This document shows, in pieces, positions 38,481-50,197 of a stretch of DNA of 64,000 nt. The translations under genes and the position numbers were made by a program. Origin of the DNA: Candidatus Binatia bacterium. Its GTDB lineage: Bacteria; Desulfobacterota; Binatia; Bin18. Positions within the stretch are counted from its first letter, which is position 1. Every line of letters starts with the position of its first letter. The stretch covers positions 320,001 through 384,000 of the forward strand of contig CAXXHG010000043.1 in assembly GCA_963666315.2 (NCBI GenBank), read 5' to 3'. The notes below the pieces were generated by a model that did not search any database, had not been told where the DNA came from, and worked only from the letters and a program-made list of their open reading frames with translations.

Positions 38481-39296
38481 CTATTTCAGGATGAATTCAA
38501 CCACTGCCCCACCACTCCCGTATAAGGGTCCGTACGCGTGGACGTTTGCGCTCTTGAACGTGCCGCCCAGTGCGCCCAACACCCAGGCCGCATGCTTAAA
38601 GCCCATGTCTGCCTTGCCTTGGGTGGCAAAACCGGGAAGTGCCGCATCTAGCCCTTTGACATCCCCGCTCGTCATGAGCTTGAGAATCTTTTTATTCCAG
38701 CGGTCGTATTTGGGCGCAGCGATTTTATCTTTCGCAATATCAATGACGCCACGAAAGAATGCACCCGAAAAATTCCCTACCCCAACAACGGCTACACGCT
38801 TCTTCTGTTTACTGGCTTGGGCTGCAGCCGTGCGGCCGAGTTTCTCGGTCAGAGCAAAGTCGTGATACAGATTGTTTGAAGCCAGGACCATGGGAATCTT
38901 GCCGCCTGGATTGAGAAAGTTGGTTGCTACAATAGTCCCTGTATCAATGGGAAAACTGTCATAATTGACGGCTTTCGACTTGACCCCGATTTTGCTCGTT
39001 GCCGTCACACACGCGTTTGCCAGCTTGGTGTCAATCTTGAGGTCGTAGGGCAGCTCGCCGTATTCATGCCAATTTTCGTCAACGTGCAGCCCGGCCACGC
39101 GTGGCCGCGTCTGCCACAGTTGGTCTAAGACCGCGATCCACTGGGTCGAATACAGCAGGATCACATGTGGTTTTGATGCGACGAGCGCCTCGCCTGCGGC
39201 TTCCATGCCCGCAGCGATCTTGCCCCAGGGTTTGTTGTCACGTCTGACATACGGGAGCGGCGAGCCCGGCACCAAAAAGGCGGAAACTACAGCCAT
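38481..39296 (-). CDS. amnA: 2-aminophenol 1,6-dioxygenase alpha (non-catalytic) subunit
   Basis: MAVVSAFLVPGSPLP, YSTQWIAVLDQLWQTRP, HVDENWHEYG; follows the beta subunit. Confidence 0.85.
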   Translation of the reverse strand: MAVVSAFLVPGSPLPYVRRDNKPWGKIAAGMEAAGEALVASKPHVILLYSTQWIAVLDQLWQTRPRVAGLHVDENWHEYGELPYDLKIDTKLANACVTATSKIGVKSKAVNYDSFPIDTGTIVATNFLNPGGKIPMVLASNNLYHDFALTEKLGRTAAAQASKQKKRVAVVGVGNFSGAFFRGVIDIAKDKIAAPKYDRWNKKILKLMTSGDVKGLDAALPGFATQGKADMGFKHAAWVLGALGGTFKSANVHAYGPLYGSGGAVVEFILK

Positions 39297-39319
39297 CGTA
39301 TCGCCCTTCAAGTATGCGG

Positions 39320-40282
<963 letters not shown>

Positions 40283-40296
40283 TCAGAAACTGCTTC

Positions 40297-41763
40297 TTAC
40301 AGCTTGAGACATACGTTGCGCAATTCAGTGTAAAATTCGAGCGAATGGGCGCCACCTTCGCGCCCAATACCGGATTGTTTTGCACCGCCAAAGGGTGTAC
40401 GCAGGTCGCGTAAAAACCAACAGTTTACCCAAGTAATCCCCACATGCACCTGGCGTGCAACCCGGTGGGCTCGCGCCGCGTTTTGAGTCCAAATGGAGGT
40501 CGCTAAGCCATACGGTGTGTCATTGGCCAAACGAACGGCTTCGTCTTCAGTGTCAAACGGTTGCACGTGGCAACATGGACCAAAGATTTCTTCTCGCACA
40601 ACAGCCGAACTTTCCGCTAGCCCGGTCCAGATCGTTGGTTCGACCCACGCCCCGCCGGCATAGGCAGCAGGCATATCAGGAATCCCGCCCCCGGTGACGA
40701 TTGTTGCGCCGTCGTCTTTGGCCTTTTCGTAATACGAGAGTACTTTGCGGCGATGCTCCAAACTAATCAATGGTCCCATAGTGGTGGATTTTTCATGCGG
40801 GTCGCCAAGCGTGAGCGACTCTGCTTGCGCTTGTAAGGCTGCTAGAAAATTATCAAAGATGGGCCGCTCAACATACACTCGTTCTGTGCCCAGGCACACC
40901 TGGCCGGTATTGGCAAAACAGGCCCGGCCTATGCCTTCGATGGTCGCGTCAAGATCGCAGTCGGCAAAGATGATAGCCGGGTTCTTGCCGCCGAGTTCAA
41001 ACGAGACGTCGCGTACGCCGACTGCCGCGTTCTTCATAATGGCTACGCCCGTGATTGTCTCGCCAGTAAAGGTAATCGCATCAACGCCGGGATGACTGAC
41101 CAGAAATTCCCCTGCCGAGTGAGGACCAAAGCCATGTACGACATTATAGACACCTTTTGGCACGCCGGCTTCATTCATCACCTCACCAAGCAGTGTGGCT
41201 GTACTCGGCGTTTCCTCCGAGGGTTTGACCACAACTGCGTTGCCGCATGCTAAGGCCGGCCCAACCTTCCAGGTCATGAGTAACAGTGGCAGGTTCCACG
41301 GGCACACAACGGCCACCACGCCTTTCGGGACGCGCAGGCTATAATTAATGGCGCCCGTCCCATCCGGCGTTGGTGTGTCAAAATACTCACCAGAGACATT
41401 CTTGACGACATCGGCAAAGATGCGGAAGTTGGCCGCACCACGCGGAATGTCAATATGGGAAGCCAAGCTGACCGGCTTGCCCGTGTCTGCGACCTCGGCT
41501 TCAAGGAATTGGTCGAAGCGCTGCTCGATGCCTGTGGCAACGGCGTACAATATTTGTGTCCGCTCTGCGAGCGCCATATTGCGCCAGGGTCCGCTGAGTG
41601 CCGCGTTGGCCGCTTGCACGGCTGCATGCACGTCAGCTTGGTTGGCCTCACTCACTCGGCTGATCAACGCATTATCTATCGGTCGGCGATTCTCGAAAGT
41701 TTTGCCGCTCGTCCCCTCGGTGTAAGCACCATCGATGAAGTGCTGAGTTGTGCGCTCGCTCAT
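40297..41763 (-). CDS. amnC: 2-aminomuconic / 2-hydroxymuconic semialdehyde dehydrogenase
   Basis: DIPRGAANF, PWNLPLLL, ELGGKN, GQVCLG, EEIFGP, WFLRDLRTPFGG; directly upstream of amnBA. Confidence 0.85.
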   Translation of the reverse strand: MSERTTQHFIDGAYTEGTSGKTFENRRPIDNALISRVSEANQADVHAAVQAANAALSGPWRNMALAERTQILYAVATGIEQRFDQFLEAEVADTGKPVSLASHIDIPRGAANFRIFADVVKNVSGEYFDTPTPDGTGAINYSLRVPKGVVAVVCPWNLPLLLMTWKVGPALACGNAVVVKPSEETPSTATLLGEVMNEAGVPKGVYNVVHGFGPHSAGEFLVSHPGVDAITFTGETITGVAIMKNAAVGVRDVSFELGGKNPAIIFADCDLDATIEGIGRACFANTGQVCLGTERVYVERPIFDNFLAALQAQAESLTLGDPHEKSTTMGPLISLEHRRKVLSYYEKAKDDGATIVTGGGIPDMPAAYAGGAWVEPTIWTGLAESSAVVREEIFGPCCHVQPFDTEDEAVRLANDTPYGLATSIWTQNAARAHRVARQVHVGITWVNCWFLRDLRTPFGGAKQSGIGREGGAHSLEFYTELRNVCLKL

Positions 41764-41848
41764 GTGCTGAAGCCCTTGTCCGACTCCTGAGTGACCTTGA
41801 TAGAGTGCCGCCAGTCAGGCCTGAATGTATACCACACAATAGACCAGA

Positions 41849-42510
41849 TCAGTCATCTACCGAGATAATTTTTTTACGGATCGAATATTTGACCAGACCC
41901 GGCAGCGTATGAATATCGAGCTTTTTCATCAGATTGTGCCGATGCGTTTCCACCGTACGCGGGCTGGCGGTCAGTCGTTGGGCAATTGCTTTGCTGCTGA
42001 GGCCCTCGGTCAAGAGTTGTAAGACCTCGCGTTCTTTAGGCGTGAGTGGATCTTCTATGAGCCGGGCCGGACTGGATGGACGCTTGAGATACGATCGGAC
42101 GACTGAGCGAGAGATAGCCGGACTCAAATATATATTCCCAGACAATGCTGCTTCAACCGCATCGAGTAACTCTTTGCCCGCTCCTTGCTTGACCACATAG
42201 CCTGCGGCACCGGCCTCAAGGGCGCGGTTGACATAGGCTTCATCCGTATGGACAGATAGAACAAAGACCTGGACGCGTTCATGCTTTGCCCGAATGCGGC
42301 CTAGGGCTTCGTTGCCATTCATCCCTGGAATATTGAGGTCCATGACCACAATGTCAGGCCGTAGCGCGTCGGTTTTTCTATGGCTTCGTGGCCGCTTGCA
42401 GCCTCACCGATAACGGTGACGCCTTTGCGTTGGGACAGGATCGTCCGGCATTCCTGACGCACGACGCTATGGTCATCGACCAGGAGGACGTTTATGTTTT
42501 TCTCGCTCAC
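41849..42510 (-). CDS. NarL/LuxR-family response regulator, frameshifted at about 42375
   Basis: LLVDDHSVVR receiver start (42510) joins VMDLNIP...LTPKEREVL...SPRTVETHR if one A is added to the A5 run (plus-strand T5 at 42373-42377). Confidence 0.8.
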
Positions 42511-44275
42511 TGCGGTGCTCCTGTTGTGTCACGAGCGGGTGGTGCTGGAACGCAAGATCGCGCACTTCATCAATTGCGTTCTCAAGGAGAGTATGGATCT
42601 GGGTCATAATTTCGTCATATTGCAGCGCTGTCGACAGGGTGCGCCGCTCTGCCAGCGCGTCCTCGAGACGCTGGTTGGTCTCCTGAAGTTTCTTTTCTGC
42701 TCGTTTCCGTTGGGTGATATCACGAGCAATCCCAACCAAACGGTAGACACGATCTGAGGCGTCGCGAATCGGAGCCAGTACCATTTGTGCAACCCGATGC
42801 CCTATGCCCCCTGCGGAAGATCGACTTCTTCCTCGTAGCGCAGAGCTTCTCCCGACTCAAGGCAGGCCGTGTAGCGCTCAGTGATGTGGCTTGCCGTCTC
42901 GGATGAAAAACACTCTGCGGGCGTTTTGCCGCGCACCTCTTCGCTAGAAAGGCCGGTTAGTGCCTGTTGGGGCGGATTGAATTCCTCATACACGAAGGTT
43001 CCATCTGCATTGACCCCAACCAGAAAGATAGGCTCTACCGTATTGTGAAATATGCCTGCATAGCGTGCTTCACTAGCCCGCAGCGCGTCTTCGGCCTGTC
43101 TGCTTTGAGTGATATCGCGAATAAAAGCAAACCCGAATGCTTCCCCTCCAAACTCGAAATAGTTCATCGAGACTTCGACAGGAAAGAGATGTCCGTTCTT
43201 CCTGCGATGGTGTGTCTCAATCACCAGAGTCTTCTGCTGCTGTACCTCCTGCCAGCGTTTCGACCACATCTCAGGAGAGTCGTCAGGGGCCAAGCTGAAA
43301 ATTCGCATAGACAGCAGCTCGGAATGGGAATAGCCATGCTGCTGACACAGAGTATCGTTCATAGCCAGAATGCGCCCTTGGATGTCAAAACGCAGCATAC
43401 CCTCTGCGGCGTTCTGGACGGCAAAACGGGTAAACTGGAGGTCACGTTCCATCTGTTTACGGGCGGTAATATCGGTGTGGGTGCCCACGATACGGAGGGG
43501 TTCTCCGGTTGCTGTCCGGGTCAGCACCTTACCCCGATCCAAGATCCACTTATACGTCCCATCCTTACACCGGAGGCGGTGCTCGCTGATATACTGCGCA
43601 GTCTTCCCCCCAAGATGAGTGTTGAGCAGGAGTAGGACGCGGTCTCGATCGGCAGGGTGAATACGCGTTTCCCACGCACTGTAGCTAGCCTCAAGTTCAT
43701 CCTCTGCATACCCGAGCATGGTCTTCCAGCGCTTGGAGAAGAAAAGGCTGTTTGCTTTTTGGTCCCAATCCCAGACACCGTCATCATTTCCGGCAAGCGC
43801 ATACTGCCAGCGTTGTTCGCTGTCCTGGAGTTGCTTTTCTATCCGCTTGCGCTCCGTGATGTTTTGGGCAGTGCCCAAGACGACTTTGACCGCACCAACA
43901 GGAGTGCGGCTGAAGACGGTCTCCCGACTCTGTAACCAGCGCCATTCCCCATCTGCATGACGCATCCGATACTCATACTCCCGGACTTCCCCATCGGCCA
44001 TGTCTCTCAGTTGCTCGTGCTTTGTAGTCCCGAGCATGTCATCCGGATGGAGCAATCGGGCTGCCATCTCTGACCCCATCAGCGCAATGTCTTCAGGTGT
44101 ATAACCGAGGATCGCGCTGACCTGCTTGTTGACATACACGTTGCGCTGCTTGGTGTAATCACACAGATACAAAATCATTGGGATTGTATCCGCGATTTTT
44201 TCGATAAAATATTGCCTCTCTCTTAAGGCTTCTTCCGCCTCTTTCGTATCCGTAATATCGGTGAGGAATTCCCGT
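42500..44275 (-). pseudogene. Multi-PAS sensor histidine kinase relic
   Basis: About 4 PAS/PAC repeats (LHPDD, GVWDWD, DITARKQ); stop at 42802, kinase core nearly all missing, N-terminus truncated. Confidence 0.8.
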
Positions 44276-44299
44276 CGGAGTTGAAAACGGCTGCACGTA

Positions 44300-45125
44300 A
44301 GAAAGGCTGTGTTCTACGCACTGCCCGTCTCTTCACGGTCTTGCTGGTTCACCTCATAGAAAATACTCTAATGTTCGTTGCGCTTTCGGTGTGAGCGCGC
44401 TCAAGAGTTCTCTTTCGTCCAAGTCAGATGCCGCTGTCTGCTCAGTGGCAGAGATGTCGGCCTGCCTCAGTGTTGCGCCGATGTTCCGCAGGATCGATTC
44501 TAAAAACTGGATGCGAGTTCGGAGCTCCTCTTCCGTCTCTCTCGTCATATAGTTGCTCCAGTTGCTCTTGGCTAGGCTTGGTATAGGGGTGCTGTCTCGC
44601 TCGAACGAATTGGGCTGACGAGGAGAGCAGACACGCTCCAGGTGAAGCGCTCCTATTAGCCTGCTGAAAATAGAGTGTCGTACTATTCATCTCGCCTGAG
44701 GGAAACCGGGGCTATCCCGTGCCCGCATGAACCGAGATGCGCGCGTGCTCTTGGGGCTGACTAGTCAGAACAGTACGGATATAGGCGAGCAAGGCATCAA
44801 AGGGAAACGGTTTGATCAAGGCGGAGGCAATATGAGGTTCAATAGCAAGGGAAAGAGTCAGACGGGTCGGCGCACCTGTGACGAGAATAATTGGTAATTG
44901 GGGATAACGCTAGATAACGTTAGTAATGAATTCGACCTGGCGATTTCCTGGCATGTTGATGTCACTGATGAGCAGGGTGTACAAGCCTGTGTGGAGGAGG
45001 GCGGTGGCCTGGGTGACATTTGACGAGCTGTCGCACGCATAGCCATGGCTGTGCAAGAGCGCTGTCGTAGAGAGACAAAACATCTCGTCGTCATCAACAA
45101 GGAGCAGCCGATCATGTGTATGCAT
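44300..45125 (-). pseudogene. Response regulator / LuxR-type relic
   Basis: LLLVDDDE, ISDINMPG, LIKPFPF pieces broken by stops; LTPKAQRTL HTH remnant. Confidence 0.55.
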
Positions 45126-45293
45126 GCCTCTGCCTGCAATTCCTGCAATCACACTGCCCGATTGTGCTGTGATGAGTAAAGGAGAAGCTTGCGTGGGATT
45201 GCGGATGTCTGCTGAAAATTACACGCACAGAGATATTTTTTGTCTTTTTGGGAAATTCAAAAAGACAGCTCGCAGGACCGACAATGCGGGTTC

Positions 45294-46853
45294 CTACGGT
45301 CGAATGGTATATGTACGCGGGCCGGAGTGTTGGGTGAGCTGAGGCTGAATCCACTCCACCCAATCACACAGCACTGGACGTGTCTGCCTAGGGTCAATGA
45401 GGTCGTGGACGGCGAATCCTTCTGCACGCGTATAGGCTGAACGCTTACTTGCAAGCTGCTCTTCGATCTCGCGCCTCTTGGCTTCTGGATCTGGGGCAGC
45501 GGCGATCTCGCGCCGATAGGCGATGGCGACGCCGCCTTCAAGCGGCAGTGCTCCGCTCTCTGCTGACGGCCAAGCAAAGACCATCCCGGCAGGACCAAAA
45601 TGGGCGGCTCCAGCAACGCCATACACCTTTCTGACGATCACTGAGACCCAGGGGACGGTGGACTGCATAATAGCAAAAAGGGTGGCTGTCCCGTACCGGA
45701 TTGTTGCCGTTTGTTCGGCTTCTGGTCCAATCATAAATCCGGGTTCGTCAACGAGGCTCACAATCGGTAAATGAAAGGTGTCACACAGGTCAACGTGGCG
45801 CTTCACTTTTTGTGCGCCATGTGCGGTCATGGCTCCCGCATACCACTGCGGATCGTTGGCCAGGATGCCGACAGATTGGCCGTTCAGCCGAGCGAGTCCG
45901 GTAATTTGGGAAGGCCCATAGAGTGGGGCAATCTCAAAAAACGATTCCTGGTCGACAATACATTCAATGAGGCGGCGCATAGAGTAGGCACGCCGCCGGT
46001 TGCGCGGGATAATCTTCAGTAACTCATCCTCTTGTCGTTTCGGATCATCTTGGCAGGCGTGCACAGGGGCCGCCTCCCACACATTGGTCGGCAGATAGCT
46101 TAAGAACTGCTGAATCTGTGCAAACACACCTAACTCATCATCCGCGATATTGTCCACCACTCCGCTCCGGAGATGAATATGCGGGCCACCCAGCTCTTCC
46201 TTTGTAATAGGCTGTCCGAAGGCGCGCTCAACCAGCGCAGGGCCGCCTATCATGACCTGGGAGGAGTTTTTCGTCATAACCGAGAAGTGAGAGGCGACTA
46301 AACGTGCAGCTGGGAGGCCGGCTACTGCCCCCACGGCGGCAGACGCAACAGGTACCATAGACATCGCCTGCATAATCGACAGAAAGCGTGGCGGTGTGTT
46401 GACGGATTCAGTACTGCCGGTGGTTTCGCCCTTCTTGTTCCCGCGCGGGACACTGCCTCCTCCACCCTCGAGAAAACGGATCAAAGGAAAACGATAGCGA
46501 CACGCCAACTCTTCTGCCCATACGCTCTTGCGAAAGCCAGCCGGGGAGGGCGACCCACCCTTTAGGGTGAAATCTTCTCCACCCACAACGCAGGGTCGTG
46601 CATTGATTTTGGCAAAACCGACAACATAATTGGCTGGCGTAAACGAGCCCAGTTCTCCTTGCTCATCAGTTTCGGAGTAGCCGGCAATGGAACCCTGTTC
46701 ACGAAAAGAGTCAGGGTCAACTAACTGATCGACGCGTTCGCGGATGGTGAGTCGTCCCCTGTCGTGGTGCTTGGCGATGGCATCCGGACCGCCAAGTTCG
46801 CGTGCCAATTGTTTGCGTTGCGTGATGCCTGCGACTTCCTTTTCCCAGCTCAT
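45294..46853 (-). CDS. Acyl-CoA carboxylase carboxyltransferase subunit
   Basis: GRLTIRERV, DFTLKGGS, IGGPALVE, VDEPGFMIG, DLIDPRQTR; start MSWEKEV at 46853. Confidence 0.88.
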   Translation of the reverse strand: MSWEKEVAGITQRKQLARELGGPDAIAKHHDRGRLTIRERVDQLVDPDSFREQGSIAGYSETDEQGELGSFTPANYVVGFAKINARPCVVGGEDFTLKGGSPSPAGFRKSVWAEELACRYRFPLIRFLEGGGGSVPRGNKKGETTGSTESVNTPPRFLSIMQAMSMVPVASAAVGAVAGLPAARLVASHFSVMTKNSSQVMIGGPALVERAFGQPITKEELGGPHIHLRSGVVDNIADDELGVFAQIQQFLSYLPTNVWEAAPVHACQDDPKRQEDELLKIIPRNRRRAYSMRRLIECIVDQESFFEIAPLYGPSQITGLARLNGQSVGILANDPQWYAGAMTAHGAQKVKRHVDLCDTFHLPIVSLVDEPGFMIGPEAEQTATIRYGTATLFAIMQSTVPWVSVIVRKVYGVAGAAHFGPAGMVFAWPSAESGALPLEGGVAIAYRREIAAAPDPEAKRREIEEQLASKRSAYTRAEGFAVHDLIDPRQTRPVLCDWVEWIQPQLTQHSGPRTYTIRP

Positions 46854-46906
46854 AGGTTGTGTTCTTTCACGTTGCTCTCGAACAGCAGTCGTCCCCAGAT
46901 ACTGAT

Positions 46907-47521
46907 CTACTGCATTGGCGAAAATGCTGCAGGCAGAACAATTTTGCTTTCCTGCCTGATGAGAAACTCTCCGATAGTAGGCGGCCAATCTGACAGGTGG
47001 GCGGCTTCTGCTCGGATACGCGCGCGCTCTTCTAAACTGACGTAAGGCCATATATGGACAAACTTGTTGAGTTCGCCCAGGCCGCTATACCAGCAGGCGG
47101 CAAGCGGGGAGAGTTGGGTGCGCTGAGGAATGGCTTTTGCCCATTGTTCCAGGATGGTCGGTAGGCTGCCTGGCCGACACATATAGGTTCGAATCTCGTA
47201 GATCGGTCCAAGCTGGTGTTTTACCAGCGGGTCCATAAAAGCTGCAGGCAGGAAGATTTCGGACTCCATATGCTCGATGAACTTGCCTATCGGCGGTGGC
47301 CATTTCCCGCTTTTTATGGCTTGGCTGCGTGCGTCAGTCCGGTGCTGTAAGCTTTCATACGGCCAGACGTGGATGATCTGGTTAAGCGGGCCGATCTCGG
47401 TATGCCAGAAGGCTCCCAGCGCGGAGAACGGCTCGCGCTGAGGGAGTGCCTCGGCAAAGCGTTGTTCACATTCGGCCAACGTGCCTGGTTTCAAGCGGTA
47501 GGTACGTACTTCATAAATCAT
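46907..47521 (-). CDS. Tandem NIPSNAP-domain protein
   Basis: Two copies of YE(V/I)RTY...HxWPY.S...R. Confidence 0.9.
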   Translation of the reverse strand: MIYEVRTYRLKPGTLAECEQRFAEALPQREPFSALGAFWHTEIGPLNQIIHVWPYESLQHRTDARSQAIKSGKWPPPIGKFIEHMESEIFLPAAFMDPLVKHQLGPIYEIRTYMCRPGSLPTILEQWAKAIPQRTQLSPLAACWYSGLGELNKFVHIWPYVSLEERARIRAEAAHLSDWPPTIGEFLIRQESKIVLPAAFSPMQ

Positions 47522-47578
47522 GGTCGCCCTCCTTTGACCTTGTCCCCACAACGAACCCCATTGTGACTTGTGTATGAT

Positions 47579-48562
47579 TCACGGTTGCGGCGGTGGGGCA
47601 AGTGCACATTCGTCAAGGGCCCGCCGCAGGGCAGCACGGTCAAAGCCCTTGCCGATAAAGACCACATGCTCGGGCGGTTCGGGTAATAGATCTAGCCATT
47701 CCATGTCGAACTCTCCCGCCACATACTGGAACATCCACTGCTCATCAGAGTCCGTAAGCCGCACAAACCCCTTTGCTCGCCACACTGTGTCCGGCAAAGA
47801 ACGCATCATCTGTTCGAATCTTTCTCGTACGAGTGGAGCTTCACATAAATACGTCAAGGTGTGAAAATGGTCGTGAACCGGAGCCTGACGCCGCGAGGCG
47901 CTCGCCTGGGAGGCGCTCGGCTGCGAGATCTCGCCTGCCCGGTTGAGGAGACGAGCGTAGTCGGTCTCCGCACGTTCAGTCCGGATAATCTCCGCGCGCG
48001 GATTGAGCTGACGAATCTGTTCCTCTAATCGAGCCAAAGTTTGCTCGTCAGCCAAATCACGCTTGTTCAGCAAAACCACGTCTGCCAGCACAGTCTGTTG
48101 CCGAATACCCGAGTGGACCTCTTCGGACAACCGGTTGAAGTTGACCGGATCAAGGACGGCAATCAGTGAGGCGAGCCGGACGAGAGGTAAAACTTCTTCT
48201 TTGGTGGCTTGATCAATGAGTTCGACCGGATCTGCCAACCCAGTTGCTTCAATGAAGATCACGTCCGGCTTCAACGCTACCACGTCTTGGAGCGCGAGTC
48301 CCAGCGTTCCTCCAATGGTGCAGCAAATACAGCCGTTGGTCATCTCTCGAATGGAATAGCCTTGACCACGCAGCAGCTCACCGTCGATGCTGACCTCACC
48401 GTACTCATTCATCATCACGGCGGGCTTAAGCCCTTGGACAAGGCAATAATCCAGCAGGAGCTGGAGGAGCGTCGTCTTTCCACTGCCAAGAAAACCGGAA
48501 ATCAAGTGAACGGGAATACGCTCCGCATCAGCGAAGACCAGGCGCTCTTTCGGCTCATTCAT
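47579..48562 (-). CDS. CobW/COG0523 GTP-dependent metallochaperone
   Basis: GFLGSGKTT, NEYG, GCICC, EATG, NKRD, RAKG. Confidence 0.92.
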   Translation of the reverse strand: MNEPKERLVFADAERIPVHLISGFLGSGKTTLLQLLLDYCLVQGLKPAVMMNEYGEVSIDGELLRGQGYSIREMTNGCICCTIGGTLGLALQDVVALKPDVIFIEATGLADPVELIDQATKEEVLPLVRLASLIAVLDPVNFNRLSEEVHSGIRQQTVLADVVLLNKRDLADEQTLARLEEQIRQLNPRAEIIRTERAETDYARLLNRAGEISQPSASQASASRRQAPVHDHFHTLTYLCEAPLVRERFEQMMRSLPDTVWRAKGFVRLTDSDEQWMFQYVAGEFDMEWLDLLPEPPEHVVFIGKGFDRAALRRALDECALAPPPQP

Positions 48563-48595
48563 ACCGTCAACAGTATTCCAGGATTCACTGTCAGG

Positions 48596-48710
48596 GGGAA
48601 GGGAGGTAGGGGAGAATTACCTCCCTTCCCAGGTCCAGACGCAGAAAGGAGGGGAACCCGTCTGGACCAAACTACGACATGGACTGGGACGGACTACACG
48701 CCAGTCCATG
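48596..48710. ncRNA. Candidate triple-hairpin sRNA or leader
   Basis: Three abutting perfect stems: 48596-48630 (13 bp), 48632-48668 (10 bp), 48678-48710 (10 bp). Confidence 0.45.
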
Positions 48711-48751
48711 CAGCATAAACGCGGTCATTTCGTCGGCCATCTCCTCGGCTG

Positions 48752-49115
48752 ATGGTCATTATTATTCGAACAGTTAGCGGCCAGCTTTCGCTTGGCGATC
48801 TGACCTTTCTGGCAGGCTCGTTTAGTCGCCTGCAAACCTTGCGCCAGGACATTTTGAACCGCTTTACCTATGTGGCTGACGGAGCCCTCTATTTACGTGA
48901 TTTGTTTGACTTCTTCGAACTCCAACCCCGAGTGACCTGACCCGCGGCAAGGCCGCCGTCCTGATCTCGCACCGCTTTTCCACTGTGCGGATGGCTGACC
49001 GGATTCTCGTTCTAGAGAACGGGCAGACGCTGGAAATGGGGACACATGATGAACTGCTTGCTCAGGCCGGTCGCTACGCAGAGCTGTTCAATTTACAGGC
49101 CGTAGGCTATCGTTA
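48752..49115 (+). pseudogene. ABC exporter relic with a large internal deletion
   Basis: TMD end (SLGDLTFLAGSF...LYLRDLFDFF) joined near 48935 to the NBD C-terminus (LISHRFSTVRMADRILVLENG...GTHDELL...YAELFNLQA). Confidence 0.85.
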
Positions 49116-49140
49116 AAGAGCTACAACCGCAGACCGCGCT

Positions 49141-49548
49141 TCAGCGGGATTTTGAGCGCCATTCTTCATACAGGCGCTCAAAATTATCTTTTTGGCTTTT
49201 GGGCATTTGCAGGTAGAGCTCGTAGTTGCGCCGGATTCGATCTTTTTCTGCGTTAGGCAGCCTCTGCCATTTTTTATACTTATCTTCGAGGCTGCGCTGC
49301 TCGGTGGGAGACAGCTGGCGAAAGCGCTGGTAGTTCTCAAGCGCTCGTGAGCGTTCGTCCTGGGATAATTCGTCCCAGTTGCGGATAAGAATCTGAGGCC
49401 GTTCTTGGGCCAAGGTTCCGCTGCTCAGAACCACGATCGCTCCAAGGACGAGGGCTATTTTTCCAAAAGCGACAGGACGCACCACAAATCTCTTCTTTCC
49501 CGCTCTGCTAGCTATGCTGGCTTGCTCCTCCAACTCTGGAGGTCTCAA
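49141..49548 (-). CDS. DUF3106-like exported helical-repeat protein
   Basis: Signal-like segment then repeats WDELSQDER, FRQLSPTEQ, WQRLPNAEK, YLQMPKSQK. Confidence 0.75.
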   Translation of the reverse strand: MRPPELEEQASIASRAGKKRFVVRPVAFGKIALVLGAIVVLSSGTLAQERPQILIRNWDELSQDERSRALENYQRFRQLSPTEQRSLEDKYKKWQRLPNAEKDRIRRNYELYLQMPKSQKDNFERLYEEWRSKSR

Positions 49549-50197
49549 GAACAGACCCTAAATGTTGTAATTGTTCCATCTTTTTCAAAAGCTGGTAATG
49601 CATGAAAAAATTTGCATCCTCGCGCAGTGCGGAGGGAATATCCAGCCCACCGGGCCCCCCTCCCCTCCCTTCCATATAGGCAAAAGTCGGAATCTCATCA
49701 AAGTACGAAAATTTGTCGAGGCTGGCAAGAATCGCATAGTCAATAAAGAACTGAGGCTCTTGCTGCACTTGGACCGGGATGTTCGGACGTACTATCGGGC
49801 TTAGATGAGTGGCGCGTTGTGAAATAAACGAGCCGGAGAAGAAGTAGCCGGCAACAATCAGCAGACTTGCAGCGGCAGCAACAGCAGATCCGATCTGCCA
49901 GTTCGTCAACCACTCAAACTCCGCTATATGCCACCACTGGCTCGCCCGTTCGTCCAGAATCTCGGGCTCGCGTCTTCCTTCCTGCTCGAGACTTTTCCAA
50001 AATGTCGCAGCAAAATCCGGCGATGGGGAGACGCGTTCCAAGCTGGCCAACGCTTCATCAACAACACATCCAAGCTGGGCGCTCTCTTGTGTACAGGCCA
50101 TGCAGCTACGAAGATGCGCAGCGATCTGTACGCGTTTCGATGCGGAGAGTTCACTATCTCTGTAGGCAACAAGATCTTCTTGTAGAAGATGGCTCAT
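49508..50197 (-). CDS. Zinc-finger (zf-HC2) transmembrane anti-sigma factor
   Basis: HLRSCMAC (HxxxCxxC) motif, single TM; overlaps the sigma gene stop. Confidence 0.85.
   Translation of the reverse strand: MSHLLQEDLVAYRDSELSASKRVQIAAHLRSCMACTQESAQLGCVVDEALASLERVSPSPDFAATFWKSLEQEGRREPEILDERASQWWHIAEFEWLTNWQIGSAVAAAASLLIVAGYFFSGSFISQRATHLSPIVRPNIPVQVQQEPQFFIDYAILASLDKFSYFDEIPTFAYMEGRGGGPGGLDIPSALREDANFFMHYQLLKKMEQLQHLGSVLETSRVGGASQHS

Noticed and set aside
45143-45160. Possible sigma54 site (GGGC-N7-TTGC, minus strand) before the response regulator relic
   Set aside because: Imperfect -24 box, overlapping the putative start region of a pseudogene; no supporting UAS seen.
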